Part shown: positions 60,932 to 64,000 of the stretch, one piece after another
Layout: each line of letters opens with the position of its first letter
Position numbering within the stretch: position 1 is the first letter of the stretch
Assembly (NCBI GenBank): GCA_012960105.1
Contig: DUBV01000051.1
Span: forward strand, 15,898-79,897
Length of the DNA: 64,000 nucleotides
Direction of reading: 5' to 3'
DNA from: Thiotrichaceae bacterium
GTDB lineage: Bacteria > Pseudomonadota > Gammaproteobacteria > Eutrophobiales > Eutrophobiaceae
The notes under the pieces: model-generated
What the model was told of the DNA's origin: nothing
Database searches by the model: none
What the model saw: the letters and a program-made list of their open reading frames with translations, nothing else
Position numbers and translations under genes: made by a program

Positions 60932-62197
60932 ATGTCCGAAACAATACCTCACAATGCCAGCTGCAAAGACGATTACGATCCAAATTCAATCTCACCTGAA
61001 CAGGCATTAGAGAATATTTTCCAAACTATCACTCCGGTCAAGACAACTAAATCTGTCCCTATCCGAGAAGCATTAGGAAAGATCCTTGCAACAGACATCA
61101 TTTCGCAGATCAATGTTCCTACTGAAAGAAATTCAGCTATGGATGGTTATGCCATCAAGGGTCGAGATATACCTGACGAAGGAATTCATAACCTGACCCT
61201 CATTGGCTGTTGCCTCGCTGGCACCCCTTTTAATGAGCATGTGAAATCGGGGGAATGTGTACGCATTATGACGGGTGCTGTTATGCCAGATGGTACGGAT
61301 ACCGTCATCATGCAGGAACATGTCATCTCTGCAGCAAGTACTATCAGCATAAATAATGATACTAAACCGGGTGAAAATGTACGTGAAGCCGGTGAAGATA
61401 TTTCCGTAGGCGACTTAGTTCTTTCGAAAGGTATGAAATTAACTCCAGCAGATATTGGCTTGTTAGCTTCATTAGGCTTTTCAGAAGTTACAATATATCG
61501 AAATATAAAAGTCGCCTTTTTCTCTACTGGCGATGAGCTACGCTCTGTAGGCGAAGAATTAGATAATGGCGCTATATACGATAGTAATCGTTATACCTTA
61601 TTTGGCATGTTATCGAGACTTGGCGTTGAATTTATCGACATGGGTGTTGTAAAAGATGATAAAGAATTATTAGACCGTGCTTTTATTGAAGCTTCGTTAA
61701 AAGCCGATGTACTAGTCACTTCCGGAGGCGTCTCTGTTGGTGATGCTGATTACATTAAGGACATATTAGAACAACAGGGTGAAGTAAACTTTTGGAAAGT
61801 TGCCATGAAACCTGGGCGCCCGCTTACCTTTGGAAAACTGGACAAGACCTATTTCTTTGGTTTGCCGGGCAACCCTGTATCAGTCATGGTTACCTTCTAT
61901 CAATTCGTACAACCCGCATTAAAAAAACTCATGGGTGAAACCTATTGTTCACCAATCTTGATGAAAGTACCTTGTACTAGTAATTTAAGAAAACGACCCG
62001 GTCGTGTTGAATATCAACGTGGTGTTTTAGAACAAGACGAAGAAGGACACATGGTCGTTCGTAAAACAGGAATGCAAGGTTCAGGAATTTTACGTTCAAT
62101 GGCTGACGCAAATTGTTTTATTATTCTTCCATTAGAAAGCGAAGGAGTGAAATCAGGTGCGATGGTTGATGTACAATTATTTCATGGAATCGTATAA
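60932..62197 (+). CDS. moeA: Molybdopterin molybdenumtransferase MoeA
   Basis: 421 aa with TSGGVSVGDADY and GLPGNPVS motifs. Confidence 0.9.
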   Translation: MSETIPHNASCKDDYDPNSISPEQALENIFQTITPVKTTKSVPIREALGKILATDIISQINVPTERNSAMDGYAIKGRDIPDEGIHNLTLIGCCLAGTPFNEHVKSGECVRIMTGAVMPDGTDTVIMQEHVISAASTISINNDTKPGENVREAGEDISVGDLVLSKGMKLTPADIGLLASLGFSEVTIYRNIKVAFFSTGDELRSVGEELDNGAIYDSNRYTLFGMLSRLGVEFIDMGVVKDDKELLDRAFIEASLKADVLVTSGGVSVGDADYIKDILEQQGEVNFWKVAMKPGRPLTFGKLDKTYFFGLPGNPVSVMVTFYQFVQPALKKLMGETYCSPILMKVPCTSNLRKRPGRVEYQRGVLEQDEEGHMVVRKTGMQGSGILRSMADANCFIILPLESEGVKSGAMVDVQLFHGIV

Positions 62198-62214
62198 AAA
62201 GACTCTGCTAACTA

Positions 62215-63417
62215 TTATCTTATATTCATTTCGCTTACAAGAAGTTCACTAAATGGTAATGCGCAGGTAAATGCTGGAGACACCGCATTTAATACATGAA
62301 ATGATTTATCATCTCCTTCAAATTTAAAATCCATTTCTAGTTCTTTCGTTTTTATATTAATTAACTGAGCACGAATGCCTGGCTTGCCCCATTGTTTAAA
62401 ATCATTCTGATCAATATTCTTTAATAACGTCCCTGCAAGTTTTACCAGTTTCTTTTTTGAGTATTTTTGCATTTCATTAAATGCCAGTTTTCTAAAACCG
62501 AAATTGTTAGCCACAAACAAACTCGCATCAATACCAAGAATATCGATCATCTCTTTTAAATTAAATTGTTCCAACCCAACATAATTTTCTCGCCAGAATG
62601 CGGGAATAGCAGTCGGCCCTATCTTGGTTTTATTTTCTGCAGTTACTGTGAAATGCACACCTAGAAATGGGTTACGCAGATCTGGCACAGGATAAATATT
62701 GGTTTTTAGCTTTAATCCGTCATCATTAGCATAGAGATACAAACCTTTGAAAGGAAGAATTTTAAAATCCTGGGAAAAGCCATAATCTTTTGCAATCTTA
62801 TCTGCATACAAACCTGCTGCATTTATAATATAACCCGCTTCAAACTCACCATTACTTGTAATAACTCTATTATTTACTCTTTCAATATAAGCCGTATCAT
62901 TCAATAAAGATATTCCTGCCTCTGCAATATCTTGCTGAATAGACTGTACAACTTCCATTGGATTAACCGTCGCTGTTGTTGGCGACCAAAGTGCACGTTC
63001 GTATGTATACATTTGCGATTCTATTTCAGCCGCCTGCTTTGCTGAAATCATTTCTAGTTCGACATTATTAATATGACCGCGCTTATATAATTCATCCAGG
63101 CCTTTTAATTCATTTTCATTTCGAGCAATAACCAGTTTTCCACACTGGTTAATTGTTAATTTTTTTTCTTTACAATACTGTCGCCAAGCTAAGTTACCAT
63201 CACGACATAACTGTGCTTTTAGAGAATCGGCTGTGTAATAAAAACCGGCATGGAGCACACCACTGTTTCGACCGCTGGCATGTGCGCCGGGCTGAACTTC
63301 TTTTTCAAGTATAGTAATACTTGAATCAGAGAATTGTTTTTTTAGTTCTAACGCAATTGTAAGACCGACGATGCCGGCCCCGATGATTAGAAAATCAGGG
63401 CATTTATTTAGTGACAT
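62215..63417 (-). CDS. lhgO: L-2-hydroxyglutarate oxidase/dehydrogenase (FAD-dependent)
   Basis: 400 aa with dinucleotide fold DFLIIGAGIVGLTIAL and LhgO/YgaF-like layout. Confidence 0.75.
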   Translation of the reverse strand: MSLNKCPDFLIIGAGIVGLTIALELKKQFSDSSITILEKEVQPGAHASGRNSGVLHAGFYYTADSLKAQLCRDGNLAWRQYCKEKKLTINQCGKLVIARNENELKGLDELYKRGHINNVELEMISAKQAAEIESQMYTYERALWSPTTATVNPMEVVQSIQQDIAEAGISLLNDTAYIERVNNRVITSNGEFEAGYIINAAGLYADKIAKDYGFSQDFKILPFKGLYLYANDDGLKLKTNIYPVPDLRNPFLGVHFTVTAENKTKIGPTAIPAFWRENYVGLEQFNLKEMIDILGIDASLFVANNFGFRKLAFNEMQKYSKKKLVKLAGTLLKNIDQNDFKQWGKPGIRAQLINIKTKELEMDFKFEGDDKSFHVLNAVSPAFTCALPFSELLVSEMNIR

Positions 63418-63428
63418 GAAATAATTAA

Positions 63429-63866
63429 TTAAAAACCAGGAGTGTTTTTCTCAACCCACTTTACACCTGTGGTCGTTTCTTCTTTTTTCCAAAATGGTGC
63501 GCCAGATTTAAGTTGCTCCATTATTACCCGACAACTTTCAAACGCATCTTTACGATGTGCTGACCATGTAGCAACTAAAACGATATCTTCTGCAATTTTT
63601 ATCTTACCAACGCGATGCAAAATTAAGACATCGAGTAGGTTCCATTTTTCTATTGCGCCATTAACTATAGTCTCCAGATGTTTTTCAGTCATGCCGGGGT
63701 AATATTCCAGAGTCAGACTCGTGATATTTTTATCTTCATTGAAATCACGCATAGTTCCAACAAAACTAGCTGTTGCACCATATTGGCCATCGATATCCAG
63801 TTCATCCAGATAATATTGCATTTCTGCATAGGCATTAAATGCTTCTTTTCGTATTTCAATTAACAT
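63429..63866 (-). CDS. moaE: Molybdopterin synthase catalytic subunit MoaE
   Basis: 145 aa, GATASFVGTMRD...HRVGKIKIAEDIVLVATWSAHRKDAFESCRVIMEQLKSGAPFWKKE. Confidence 0.9.
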   Translation of the reverse strand: MLIEIRKEAFNAYAEMQYYLDELDIDGQYGATASFVGTMRDFNEDKNITSLTLEYYPGMTEKHLETIVNGAIEKWNLLDVLILHRVGKIKIAEDIVLVATWSAHRKDAFESCRVIMEQLKSGAPFWKKEETTTGVKWVEKNTPGF

Positions 63867-63876
63867 GACTGATGCC

Positions 63877-64000
63877 TAGCCCCCGGTAACTGGTGGAAAA
63901 AAAGCCACTTCATCACCGGATTTAAGTTGATGTTCTGACTTCACATATTCCATATTGACCGCCATCATGACGTTATCAAACACAACTTTCTTGCTTTCAA
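63877..64000 (-). CDS. moaD: Molybdopterin synthase sulfur-carrier subunit MoaD (C-terminal part; 5' end beyond window)
   Basis: Manual translation of the reverse strand gives ...FDNVMMAVNMEYVKSEHQLKSGDEVAFFPPVTGG*, with the diagnostic C-terminal Gly-Gly. Not in the ORF track because it runs off the window edge. Confidence 0.8.

Overview
This is a chromosomal segment from an AT-rich Gram-negative bacterium, roughly 35-40% GC by eye. The gene content points to a gammaproteobacterium. Two gene orders are conserved: comEC-exbB-exbD-lpxK-ycaR-kdsB and, in the reverse orientation, DUF2062/lolD/lolC(E). This Pseudomonas-like synteny is also seen in Legionellales-type genomes. The window is densely coding, about 70 genes, mostly housekeeping. 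They include the N-degron transferases aat and ate with infA, the LPS genes kdsB and lpxK, comEC, lolCD, tsaB, cpdA, a DinG/YoaA helicase, the complete EF-P modification set (epmA, efp, epmB), topoisomerase IV (parC, parE), xseB-ispA, folE2, mazG, an RND pump, the MoxR-DUF58-transglutaminase triad, hrpA, ampG, and a molybdenum-cofactor cluster (moaA, fdhD, mobA, mobB, moeA, moaE, moaD). I saw no rRNA, tRNA, CRISPR array, IS element, integrase or prophage. The items worth a second look are these. (1) A GC-rich, GGA-motif-dense, repeat-containing non-coding patch right after an lpp-like gene. It looks like a CsrB/Rsm-type sRNA or a palindromic operator array. (2) An FHA-domain::class-III nucleotidyl cyclase fusion sitting next to the cAMP phosphodiesterase cpdA. 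(3) A membrane-spanning PP2C phosphatase fused to an FGE-sulfatase (SUMF1-like) domain. (4) A CPA2 antiporter, small membrane protein and CMD-like::Rieske fusion operon. (5) A DUF482 FemAB-like acyltransferase and a secreted protein co-operonic with aat-ate-infA. (6) A secreted protein that is about 20% tyrosine and rich in Asn, His and Lys. (7) A Tat-signal HDAC-family amidohydrolase at the window edge. All product calls come from motif-level reading of the translated ORFs. No database searches were run.
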